Origin: Acidobacteriota bacterium
Lineage (GTDB): Bacteria; Acidobacteriota; UBA890; WLXD01
DNA: 64,000 nucleotides
Direction: 5' to 3'
Assembly (NCBI GenBank): GCA_963666215.2
Contig: CAXWPL010000001.1
Coordinates: 256,001 to 320,000 of the forward strand
Shown here: piece after piece, positions 39,946 through 50,800 of the stretch
How the letters are laid out: every line of letters begins with the position of its first letter
Position numbering within the stretch: position 1 is the stretch's first letter
Translations under genes and position numbers: made by a program
The notes under the pieces: generated by a model
Databases searched by the model: none
What the model saw: the letters and a program-made list of their open reading frames with translations, nothing else
What the model was told of the DNA's origin: nothing

Positions 39946-42131
39946 CCGTGCGGCCGCCTGGGCTCTTGGCATCGATCGCCCTCTTCGGAGCAATCGGAGT
40001 ATTGGGCGCACTCCCCGCCAAGGCGCATGCTCAGGCGTCGCCGCAGCCCCGGTGCCGACTCGGCCTCGCGCTCAGCGGAGGCGGCGCCCGCGGCATCGCC
40101 GAGCTCGGCGTTCTGCAAGCATTCCAAGAGGCCGGCGTCCACGTCGACTGCATCGCGGGGGCGAGTGTGGGCGCGATCATTGGCTCGCTCTACGCCAGCG
40201 GCTACGACCTGGCGAGCATCGAACGCCTGGTGCGAGAGCTCGACTGGCAGCAGCTCTACGCCGACCCTCACAATCGCAACCAGTACCCGCTCGTCCATCG
40301 TCTCGAGCGGCGCAGGACCGCGCTACGGCTGGGCATCGACAGCAGCGGCGTGAAGCTACCACGCGCCTTTCTGAACGACTACCTCGTCAACCGCGTGTTG
40401 ATTGAACATCTCGCCGAGGCAGGGTTCGCTGCCGGGCGCGATTTCTCGAGGCTGCCGATCTCCTTCCGCGCCGTTGGCACCGATCTGCACACCGGCGCCC
40501 GCGTCGTGCTGGCGAGTGGCGACCTCGGCCGCGCGGTGCGCAGCAGCATGTCGGTACCCCTCGCCTACCCGCCGGTGGAGTGGAACGAGTACCTGCTGGT
40601 TGACGGCGGGCTGGTCGACAACATCCCGGTCAGCCTGATTGCCGAGATGGGAGCCCAGTTCACCGTAGCGGTCGATGTGTCGACACCCATCACACCGGAA
40701 GCAACACCCGATGTGTTCGGTGTTACCTCGCGCATCATCGACCTGCTGTACGACGCCAAGAACAGCATCCACTACCGCGAGCCCGACTTGCTGATCAAGC
40801 CGGAGCTTGGCGACCACTCGTTCGCCGACTATTCCGACATCGACAAGCTCATCGACCTTGGCCACGCGGCCGCCTCGAAGGCCATCGAGGAGATTCCCGC
40901 CGAATACCGTCTCGGACCCGGCGGCACGGCACCGGCGGCAAGCGACAGCGCGCCAGGCGCCGTAATCGGGCTGCAGCAGCGCAGCGTCAGCGAGATCCGC
41001 GTCAGCGGCAATCGTTACGTCAACAGCGACGTGCTGCGCCATGAGTTCGGCATGCGCCCGGGTGACCGACTCGATCTAACGCGAGCTCTGCGCGGCCTCG
41101 ACCATGTGTTCTCCTCCGGGCTGCTCGACAGCGCATGGCTCGACTTCATCCCCGACGGCGACGAGGAGGCGATTGTCGAGATTGTTGTTCGCGAGCAGTT
41201 CCGCCGCACGCTCGACGTGGGCCTCGCCTACCAAAACGACGATCAAGCGCAAGCCTACGCGGCAATCGAGCTGCGCAACGAATTGGGCGCTGGCGAGCGA
41301 CTGATGTTCCGCTTTCTGGCCAGCGAGAAGGACCTGGTCCTCGGGGTCCGCGTGCGCAGCGACCAGATCTTCGGCAGCCACTTCGGTTATCAGATCGACA
41401 TCGAGTCGCACCGGGAGAAGCCTAAGGTGTACCGCGACGGGGCCCTCGTGAACCGCGCGGAGTTTCAACGCAGCGACGCGCGCATCCTGGCCGTGGTGCC
41501 AATCGCCTCGCAGCACCTGATCCAGCTCGGATTCCGATTCGGCGAGGTCGATGTCGGTGACCGCCTGGGCCTCGATATCCCCGCGATCTCATTCCAGCAT
41601 CGTGGCCTGCTGGCTCGCTATCTGTGGGACGACCTCGACGCGGTGGTTCTACCAACCAGCGGGCGCCAGCTGACGGTGAATGTGGAGCGTAATCTCAGCG
41701 GGCTCAACTCCACCGCGGCGTACTGGCGAGGCGAGGCGAGCGGACGGGCGATAGTCACGATCACCGACCGCTGGACGCTCGACGCGCGTGCGCGTTTCGG
41801 CTACTCCTCGGGCGCGCTGCCGATCCACGAGCAGTTTCGGCTCGGCGGCCCCGACTACGTACCAGGCCTCGACCGCGAGGAGCTGTGGAACAACCATCTG
41901 CTGGCTGGCAGCGCCGCGGTTGGCTACGAGCTGATGGCCGGAGCACGCGTGACAGCCCGTCTGGGCGCTGGCAATTCGTGGGCCGAGTTCGGCGAAGTCG
42001 ACCCGGCCGACCTAGGAGTGGGGGCTGCGTTGGGGGTGATCTTCTCCACCCCGATCGGCCCCCTGCGCTTCGAGTACGGCTTCGCCGATGGCGATCGCAG
42101 CGAGCTCTACGTCGCGCTTGGGCATCAGTAG
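39942..42131 (+). CDS. Patatin-like phospholipase with POTRA and Omp85 barrel (PlpD / type Vd-like)
   Basis: Signal peptide, SGGGARG, GASVG nucleophile, DGG, POTRA-like segment, barrel ending TPIGPLRFEYG...LYVALG. Confidence 0.88.
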   Translation: MTVRPPGLLASIALFGAIGVLGALPAKAHAQASPQPRCRLGLALSGGGARGIAELGVLQAFQEAGVHVDCIAGASVGAIIGSLYASGYDLASIERLVRELDWQQLYADPHNRNQYPLVHRLERRRTALRLGIDSSGVKLPRAFLNDYLVNRVLIEHLAEAGFAAGRDFSRLPISFRAVGTDLHTGARVVLASGDLGRAVRSSMSVPLAYPPVEWNEYLLVDGGLVDNIPVSLIAEMGAQFTVAVDVSTPITPEATPDVFGVTSRIIDLLYDAKNSIHYREPDLLIKPELGDHSFADYSDIDKLIDLGHAAASKAIEEIPAEYRLGPGGTAPAASDSAPGAVIGLQQRSVSEIRVSGNRYVNSDVLRHEFGMRPGDRLDLTRALRGLDHVFSSGLLDSAWLDFIPDGDEEAIVEIVVREQFRRTLDVGLAYQNDDQAQAYAAIELRNELGAGERLMFRFLASEKDLVLGVRVRSDQIFGSHFGYQIDIESHREKPKVYRDGALVNRAEFQRSDARILAVVPIASQHLIQLGFRFGEVDVGDRLGLDIPAISFQHRGLLARYLWDDLDAVVLPTSGRQLTVNVERNLSGLNSTAAYWRGEASGRAIVTITDRWTLDARARFGYSSGALPIHEQFRLGGPDYVPGLDREELWNNHLLAGSAAVGYELMAGARVTARLGAGNSWAEFGEVDPADLGVGAALGVIFSTPIGPLRFEYGFADGDRSELYVALGHQ

Positions 42132-43727
42132 TTGACGACTCCGAACCCGTCGAGAGAGCCCTCCGCATCGTCCAGAGAAGGACGAACCCCGCAGCGCCAA
42201 GGCGCGCGGCAGATCCAGATGGCTCTGCTCGTGCTCATCGTCCTGTGGGCCGGTTGGGTCCGCACCCACGGAATCGCTCGGACCGGCTTCTCTCCCGACG
42301 AGGAGATCACGCGCCTGGCGGTGCAAGCGGTGCGCGACCACGGACTGCCGCAGCTACCGTCCGGGGAAGTTTACGTCCGCGGCATCGCCTACACCTATGC
42401 GGCGTGGGCGGCGGGCTCGATCTTGGGGCACGACCTGCCGAGCTACCGATGGCCGAGCTGGATCTTCGGGTTGGCAACGATGTTGATCATCTTTCTGATC
42501 GCACATCAGTCGGCCGGTCCAGTGGTGGCGCTTGCGGCACTGGCGATGGTCGCGGTCTCCGACAGCCAGATCATGATGTCGAAGTGGGCCCGCTTCTACA
42601 CGCAGTTCCACTTCTTCTATTTCCTCACGCTCCTGCTCGCGATGCGCCGCAACTGGCGAGATTCGCCGCGGCTTCGCCTTGCCGCCGGCGCGTCGATGGT
42701 GATGTGCATCCTCAGCGCTCGACTCGGCGTGACGCTGCTGGCACTGCCCGTGTTCGAGTACCTACGCGGCTGGTGGGGGCGTCGTGGCGCGAGTGACCCA
42801 AGCGACGACGAGTCAGGGCGCACAGGTCTATCGAAGGGCACCGTACTCACGGCGGTTGGCGCCTTCCTCCTGTTTGCCGCGCTCGCCATGGTCGCTCCGC
42901 CGAGCCTTTCTCTACAGCCGGGAGCGTCGGCGATCTACGCCTGGAGGCATTGGCCAGCGAATGTCCTGCTGCTCGCCGCTGTTGCCGCAGCCTATCTCTG
43001 GATGAATCGGCTGCGCCTTTCTCGCCCGGTCGCGCTCTACGGCTGGATGTTGATGACGGGTTTGGTGGCGTTGGACCTCGTCGATCTCGGCCTGGTGCCG
43101 CGATACTTCGATCACCTTCGCCTGGTTTCTTGGTTGCTGCTGCTGCAAATGGCGCACGAGGCGTTCCCTGCCGCCGCCGCCGACGGTCATGGTGTGGCCC
43201 CGCGCCGCGTGTCGGCGGAGACGGTCGCAGTCCTGTTGCTGGCCGTGGCCATGGTAGTTGTCGACAACACCCGAGCTTTCGGCACCGACCCACTTTCGCC
43301 TGCGCCGCTTACCAGCGGGGCGGTGCCCCTGACGATCGACGTCGACGGCTGGCAGCAAGCGAAAGATCTCATCCGGCCAGACGACCTGGTTCTGACCAAC
43401 GACGAGATCGTCGGCGGCCAGATCGCCGGACGCGTTGATTGCTGGATGCTGTCGGAGTTCCACCCAGGCCAGTCCGAGATCCAATTCACCGACGCGGGCC
43501 AGCGCGGCTACTACCGTGGGTCGCCAATCTGCTGGCGACTCGACGTGGAACTGACAGTTGAGCGGCTACAGCCAGGCCGGCGGCTGACGATGCTGCTGGT
43601 CGACTCCGTGAAGAACACGAGTGGCGATTGGGACGACTTGCTCGCCGACCTTGCGTCCCGCGATGAGCTCCTCTCCAGCCGCACGCGCCACGGCTCGTTG
43701 ACACTCTTCCACGTGTCAAGAAACTAG
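42132..43727 (+). CDS. Multi-TM GT-C fold (ArnT/PMT-like) glycosyltransferase
   Basis: First-loop PDE motif, YVRG, RWPS, ARFY, many TM helices. Confidence 0.65.
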   Translation: MTTPNPSREPSASSREGRTPQRQGARQIQMALLVLIVLWAGWVRTHGIARTGFSPDEEITRLAVQAVRDHGLPQLPSGEVYVRGIAYTYAAWAAGSILGHDLPSYRWPSWIFGLATMLIIFLIAHQSAGPVVALAALAMVAVSDSQIMMSKWARFYTQFHFFYFLTLLLAMRRNWRDSPRLRLAAGASMVMCILSARLGVTLLALPVFEYLRGWWGRRGASDPSDDESGRTGLSKGTVLTAVGAFLLFAALAMVAPPSLSLQPGASAIYAWRHWPANVLLLAAVAAAYLWMNRLRLSRPVALYGWMLMTGLVALDLVDLGLVPRYFDHLRLVSWLLLLQMAHEAFPAAAADGHGVAPRRVSAETVAVLLLAVAMVVVDNTRAFGTDPLSPAPLTSGAVPLTIDVDGWQQAKDLIRPDDLVLTNDEIVGGQIAGRVDCWMLSEFHPGQSEIQFTDAGQRGYYRGSPICWRLDVELTVERLQPGRRLTMLLVDSVKNTSGDWDDLLADLASRDELLSSRTRHGSLTLFHVSRN

Positions 43728-43856
43728 CCGGGGCGGCGGCCAGGACCGCGAAGGCCCCGATCGCGCCGCCGGCCAGTTGCAATTCTCGTGTCGATCCCAT
43801 ACGACGGGCGCATCACGTCAGTTGAGCACTACTGTTGATGTACTCGGGAGACCCTG

Positions 43857-44792
43857 ATGGGCATGTCCAGACGCATGGCGTTCGTTCTGATTCTGCTGGC
43901 GGGAGCGGCGGCTCTCACGTTTTCTCCAGCCCAGCACCTGGCCGGAGCGACGGTCGTCACCGACTACAGCGACGTCGACGCGGCGGCGATACTGGAAGAG
44001 TGGATCGACAGCAAGAACCTCTCGGGAATGGGCGACACGTCGGCGATGGTCGCGGCGGCGAACGAGAGCCCATCCATGCTCTACGCAACGGCGTACTCCG
44101 GCCTCGGCGACTCCACGCGTTCGCGGCTGTACAAGATCAACCTCGACACTCAAGAAGCTGAGTTGCTCAGATTGATCCCCTTCGATCGGGTGAGCGCGAT
44201 GGCCTACAACCCGCGGGACGGCTTTCTGTACGCGATCGGTCGTCCCGACAACCCGATTGACAACAAGGCGGTGCTGATTCGGATCGATCCGGCGACCGGC
44301 AAGGCCGTCAAGGAAACGTCGATCCGCAAGAACGTGGTCGACCAGTACTACACGCTGTACGCCTCCGACATGCTGTTCGCCAAGGAAGGCCGCGGCTTTC
44401 CTGTGCGAGTCCAAGACGCGCAAGAGGGCTTCTTCTCCTTGCGGCGGCGAGGTGCCGCTCGACAGCTCGACAAGGGCACCTCTCCCTCGGGCTCCGCACT
44501 GGCGCGACGCACGAACGGTCGGAAGTACCTGCGGTTCACCAACACAGAGCTGCAGATACTGACCAAGCAGGGTTATCAGATCAATACGAAGCCGCTCACA
44601 TGCGAAGCTGGCGGAAGTGCGCGGGCCACCGCAGCTGTGAACTGCAACAGGCGGATCTTCGTCGTGGTCACCAACGACTTCGGTGGGGGCTCGCCCTCGA
44701 CGCTCGGCGAGCTCGACCAGGCCGCCGGGAAGGTGAACACGCTCTTCGAGTTGCCCGAGCACTTCGAGTCGCTCGCCTGCTGCCCCGAGTAG
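43857..44792 (+). CDS. Secreted hypothetical protein, beta-propeller-like
   Basis: Signal peptide; repeated LYKINLDT / LIRIDPATG / LGELDQAAG blade-like motifs. Confidence 0.6.
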   Translation: MGMSRRMAFVLILLAGAAALTFSPAQHLAGATVVTDYSDVDAAAILEEWIDSKNLSGMGDTSAMVAAANESPSMLYATAYSGLGDSTRSRLYKINLDTQEAELLRLIPFDRVSAMAYNPRDGFLYAIGRPDNPIDNKAVLIRIDPATGKAVKETSIRKNVVDQYYTLYASDMLFAKEGRGFPVRVQDAQEGFFSLRRRGAARQLDKGTSPSGSALARRTNGRKYLRFTNTELQILTKQGYQINTKPLTCEAGGSARATAAVNCNRRIFVVVTNDFGGGSPSTLGELDQAAGKVNTLFELPEHFESLACCPE

Positions 44793-44893
44793 CACAAGGC
44801 AAGCCTGACACCAGCCCATCGGGCCGCCAGGTACAAGACCCACCGAAGTCGACTGCCGCCCGACTAGCCCACAGCGCGCCTGGCGCTCGCTGG

Positions 44894-47800
44894 CTACCGC
44901 CCCGAAGAAAGGTGCGCGCGGATGGCCGCGATGAAGCGTGGCACGGTCTCCCAAACGTCTCCGACGATGGGGTGAACGAGTGGCCGCGCGCGCTGCTCAT
45001 TGAGCCGCATCAGAGGCGCGGCCGGATCGATATTGAACGACAAGATCGTGGCGCGCTCGCCGATGTAGTCGACGTGCTGCGGCGCTCCTGAGACAGCAAG
45101 CGCGATGATCAGCCGCGGGTTAACGGCGAAGCCCGTCTGCCCGATCTGCCGGTCCATCGGCAGCAGCTCCAGGTCTTGAGTGACCTTGCGGGTGGCCCCG
45201 ATCATCACGCCCGGCAGGCCGAGCTCGTCGGCCAGCAGCTTGCGCAGCGGCTCGGCGAGTTGATCGATGCCGTCACGCCCGCCGGCACCGTAGCCGAAGT
45301 CGATGATGACCTCGGCGTCGGCAATCGACGTGTCGCCGGCGCCGAGTCGCGAGAGCAGCGTGGCAACGGGGTCGTCGGCAACACAATAGTCGAGCCGCGG
45401 CGACCAGTAGAACACCTGGCTGTCGGCCGAGCCGGGCATGGCGTACGAGGCACGGCCGAGGTCAACCTGCACGGACCGCCCCAGGGTGACCACTCGGAGT
45501 CCCTCACGCTGCTGGGGGGGCAGGCTGACGGCGGCAGCAGCGGCGCCGCCGTAGATAGGCGTCGCTAGTTGCACGCCGCGGCCCGCGGCGGACGCGTTGG
45601 GTCCGCTCGCTGCGCCGGAGCCGGCGGACAAGGGATCGTTCGCGATCGACTCGACGTTGAACCAGCTCCAACTCTGACGCCGCCCTGCACCCGGCGGCGC
45701 CGAGGCCATCAGACGAGAGAACAGCTCGTTCATCCAGCTCGTTCCCACCAGCCACTGCGGGCTGCCGCGATACATCGCCCACAGCTCTTCGAGCCACTCC
45801 AAGTGACCCGCGGCGCCGAAGCTGGCCATGCCATCGGCGGCGACTACGTAGATCCGTCGCGGTTCGGCGATCGCAGCCGCCCCGCCGGCAATCGCCGCCG
45901 CAGCCTCTTCGGCGCCGTCGATCGGCAGCACCAGATCGAGCGGCAGCCCTACGCCGTCTGCCAGCTGAGCGGCGGCGTGCAACTCCGGGCGTGCGCCCTG
46001 CCATAGCACGTCACCGAGGCTGGGCTCGCCGACGTAGATGCAGCTCGGGTCGGTATCGGTGGGCTGCTCACCAAAGCTCAGCAGGCGTCCACCGTAGGGA
46101 GAAACCACCTCGGAGGAGCTTCCGCCCCCGACCTGCGCGACCACGCGCTGCACAACGGCAGCCGCCTGCTCGGGAGTTGTCGCAAGCCCGCCGGCCACGG
46201 CATCCCCGTTGCTCCTGTTCAGTGACGAGACCCGCAGCCGATGGATCACGTGCGCCGACTCAGCGTCGGGAACAAGCGCCCGCATCGATAGGGTCTCGAT
46301 CTCGGCTGTCGACGCCCGCAGCAGCGCCGGCAACCGGTACTGCAACTCGCTGCCAGCATCACCGGCCATACCGAGCACGGCGGGCAACGCCTGCTTCAGG
46401 GCCGAGCCCTGCCACCCTGATCTGGAAACCTCGAGCGACGGCTCACCACCTGACGACCAACCCACTGTCTCGACCTGCGCGTGCACCGAAGAGCCGAGCA
46501 GCGTGGCCAGATACGGAGCAAGCAATCCTTGTTCGGTATCGGCGGCGCGGTCGCCGCAGAGCACGAGATCGGCCGGCTCGAGTCGAAGCGCAGCGGCGAG
46601 GGCGTCGGCAATAAAGCGCGGATCGTGGGCCACAGCGGCTGGATCGCCAAACGGCGCCGCACCGTTGCCATCGCCGACGCCATCCGCTGTTTCGCCCGGC
46701 TCGATGCTCACCGCGCGATCCACCCCCAGCGCCAGCGCTTCGCGGAGCAACGTCGTCGCTGGTGTGCCTGCGACCGCGTAGGCAACCACCTCCACTCGCG
46801 CAGCATCTCGCGACTTGAGGCGTAGCGCCTCGGCGAGCCCGGCGCGATCGGCGGCGCTCAAGGTGTACATGGGCTCGGCGAATCCAGCGTTGTCGACGCG
46901 CGGCCGCGGGGCAGGCATCGGCACCGGCTTGAGCAGCACCGCGATGCGAACCGGTGCTGCAAGCGGCGCATGGATCGGCCCAGGGACCAGACGCTTCGGC
47001 ATCAGGCCCCAGCCCTCGGTGCGTGTCCCATGCTCCTCGAGCGAGAGGTATCCGAGTTGCAGCTCCGGGGGCCGCGCATTGCGTTCCAGGTACTCGAAGG
47101 AGCTGCGGTAGCGGCGCTCCAGCGTGGCGATCCGCGCCAGCGCCCGGCGCACGAACACCCGGGCCGCGCGCTCGACACACTGCCGGTGCTCGGCCTCTAC
47201 CTGATGTCGAACACACCACGACAAGCGATAGAGCACGGCGTCGATGACCTTCGTGAGACCGGCAATCTCGGGCAGTCGGAACATGCACGGCTGCAGCCCC
47301 ACGTTGGCCCAGATCTGTTGATCGAAACGCCGGACCGCCTCCACGAGGAGCTCGCGCAGAGTCGACTTGGCACGCTCCAGCGCGGCGACGAGGTCGGCGG
47401 CGTCATCGAGGCTCGGCGGCTCGTCGACACCGCTCGACGCCGCCTGGTTTCCTGCATCGGCCGCTTCGTCCCACGACGGCAGAACACGCTGCACCAGGTC
47501 TTTGAGGAGCAGGAACCGCTGCACCTCGTTGGTGCCCTCATAGATGTTGAGCACGCGCGCGTCGCGCCGCGTCTTCTCGATACGATGCAGATGGGTTTGC
47601 CCCTCGAGACCGCGTAGCCGCTCCATCCAGTCGATGACGTCGTGCTCCGCCTCCGAGCCGTAGTACTTGCCGATGGCCGACTCCATACGCACGCTCTCGG
47701 TGTGCTTGTTGTCGAGCAGGCCCACGAGCTCGTAGGTGGTGCCGGCGGTTGCCATCAGCTCATCGGCAACTCGCCCCATCCAGTAGAGATCGAGTGGTCT

Positions 47801-50800
47801 GGCATCTGCAGGGCCGGTCCGATCAGAGTCGCCATGCTCCAGGCGGTCGGCCTCGCCAACCCCTTCCACCTGACTCTTTCTGGAAAGCAGCAGCTCACGC
47901 GCGTCTTCGACCATCTCCTGGATCGTGGCGTGCGTCGTCACCGCCAGCCCGGCGCGGCCCGTGTTGAGCGTTTCGAGCGCATTCACCTGCCCGCGGCCGC
48001 GGAAGCCGATGATGCCCTCACGCGGCACACGCACGTTATTGAACGACAGCTCATTGGTCGGCGAGCCCCTCTGTCCGAGCTTCTCCTCGTCGGCGCCCAC
48101 CACCAGGCCCTCGGCGTGGCGATCGACCATGAATCCGGTCACGCCTTCGGGCTCGGTGCGTGCGTAGAGCGCCATGCAATGCGAAAAGCGCCCGTTGGTG
48201 ATCCACATCTTCGAGCCGTTGAGCACCCAGAACTCGTATGTCAGTTGGCCTTCGACCTGACGGAGCTGGGCGATATCGGTGAAGTCGACCCGCCGGTCAC
48301 CATGCATGTAGAACCGCATGCGGTCGGGCGCATCTTTGTCGTAGTCGTAGTCGCTGTGATCGATCACCGCCGGATCTGCCTCGTCCGAATAACGGTAGAG
48401 AATGCGATGGTCGTCGTAGTCGAACTCGAGACGTTCGGCGTCGACCAGATTGCGGCGATCCGACTGGCCGTCTTCGTCGACGAAGAAGTGCAGCGACCCG
48501 TCGTCGTCGCGATGCACCCGGCGGCTCTCCAGACGGGCGAACGTCTTGACGCCGCCGGAGTCGGACCCGGCGGTCGGCTCGGTGAGCGCAAAAGCCGAGA
48601 TGTAGCCGGCCGAGATGAACTGCAGAAACTGCTCGTGGGCGAGCTCGCGACGCGGATACTCGGCAAGCCGATTGGCGGCTCCGTCGACGATGTCGCCGAG
48701 GAGATCCCGCGCCTCGCGAAGATGAGCCTCGAAGCCATCGATATCCCGCCGTTGGCCGGCGCGACCGGCGGCGAAGAAGGCTCGTAGAAAGCCACCGCCC
48801 AGATACTTGAGTACTGTCGACTTCACGACCCGTTTGCGCACCATGCCCATGAGCTCGGTGTAGTCGGCCGTGAGTTGCACGAGGTTCGGGCGCCGCATGG
48901 CGGCGATCAGCCGATCGACTCCGTCGCGGATGTCGCCAAGCAGCTCCGGGCTGCTGCGCACCTTCTCGAGCTCGGCCCGGGCCCTAGGCAGATCCTGCTC
49001 CATGCCAATGAGTACGGGGGTGGTGCCGATACTGGTGTTGGCCATGATCGCCAGCGACAACGCCGCGTCGCCGTAGCGGCCGATCAGCTTGCAAAGAACG
49101 TAGTACTCGGCCTTCAGCGCACCCCCGCCGCCGAGACGTTTAGGTATCGGCATGCGCATGAATCCGCGCTCGACCATGTAGTCGAGATCGACTTGCGGAA
49201 TGCGATGCAGCTTCTCGAGGTAGCGGTTGTAACTCAGACCCTCGAAGCTCGGCTCAACGAAGCGCGCCCGCAGCTCGCCCTCCAGTTCCTTCCAGTAGGA
49301 CGACAAGCCCGGATCGTTGTACAGAACCTCCGGGACGTAGCGCAGATGATCCGGGTCGAACGGCTCGACGAGCCAGGCTCCCGATCGATACTCGCGGTCT
49401 TCTGTACAGATCACGTCATAGCGTTCGGCGCTGGCGATGTTCGCGGCGCGCAGCTCGCCTTGGTCAAGCAGTTCCTCGCCGATGGCAACGGTCTCGGCCA
49501 GCAACGCGGCTTCGTCGGGGAGATTCGGCACTTCTGCCGCCAGCCGTTCAACCCACAACTTCGCCGCCTCGAGCGTTGCCTCGGCCGGTAGGCCTGCGTC
49601 GAGGCGCCAGAGAGCCCGCAGCAGGCATGCTTTGGCGCCCAATATGCGCACCACCGCGCCGCCTACCAGTTGCTGCAACGGTTCCTCTACCTCGCCTTTG
49701 CCTCGGACTGTTGCCGCCGCGATCGCACGCGCGATGGCGCTGGCGTCCACACCGGCCGCCCACGTTTCCACGATCTCGACCGCTTCCCGGAATCGCTCCA
49801 CGGTGATCGCGAACAACGGCTGGGCGGCGCCGAGCTCGAGCCACCACAGTTCGGCGTCGGACAGCGGTACCAGCCGCTCACCGTCCTCGACCGCGAGCAG
49901 GCGATCGCGGCCGACCTGCACGCGGAGAGCGTCGTCGTGCGCGATGAGAAAGCGGAACGGGCTGCTGTCGCGGTAGTACTTCGCAATAACGTCGTCTTCG
50001 GAGAAGGCGGTTCCGCCGAAGATCTGCCCGGCGTTGTAGGAGAAAGAGCCGAGCGCCGGTCCGAAAGCCTCGGCCGCAAGTACCTTGGCGGCGGGGGCGC
50101 CGGAGCACCTGCTGCCGGTGGCAGGGTTGTGCAGTGTCAGCGCCTCCACCAGATAGCGCTGCGCCTCCATCTCGGCGAGCAGTTGCTTAACGGCGCCGAA
50201 CTTGGCGATGGTGTCGCGGCCGGCCTCGTCTTCGAACGTTCCTGGGAACTGCACCCGGCCGCTGGCGTGGTCGCGAGCGCGGCCGAGAAGGTACTCGCCG
50301 GCGCCGCGCACAATCGCCAGCATGTCGCGTAGCGTGACGTCAATCAGGTCGGCCGCCGGCTCGCCGGCCACCGGCTGCTGCGCGGCGCGAGGGTCGCAGC
50401 CGGCTTCGAGCGACGGCAAAGCGATAACGTCGGCCGCCTCGACTTCATAGCCGTCGAAGCGCACTTGGCGGATGCCCGCACCCATCAGGCCGATCGTGCC
50501 AACATCGCGAACCTCCAACCGAGGGCCCGGCTGCTCGAGGTCGACGAGATAGGCCTTGTTGTCGTGGACCGCGACCAGCCGTGAGGCCAGCGCCAGCGGC
50601 ACGAAATTGAGCTCGCCGTGGAGGGTCGTGACGGTGGAGCTCTCGACTCGCAGCCAACCCTGATGAGCGCAGGCGGCCCACTTGCCACCGTCCCCGAGCG
50701 ACGGCGACGCGCCCTCGGACTTGTTCATCAGGTCCAAGGCTTGCAAATGCGAGGCAGCGAGCCAAGCGATGGCAGGGTCGGCGCGGGCTAGCTCTTCGAG

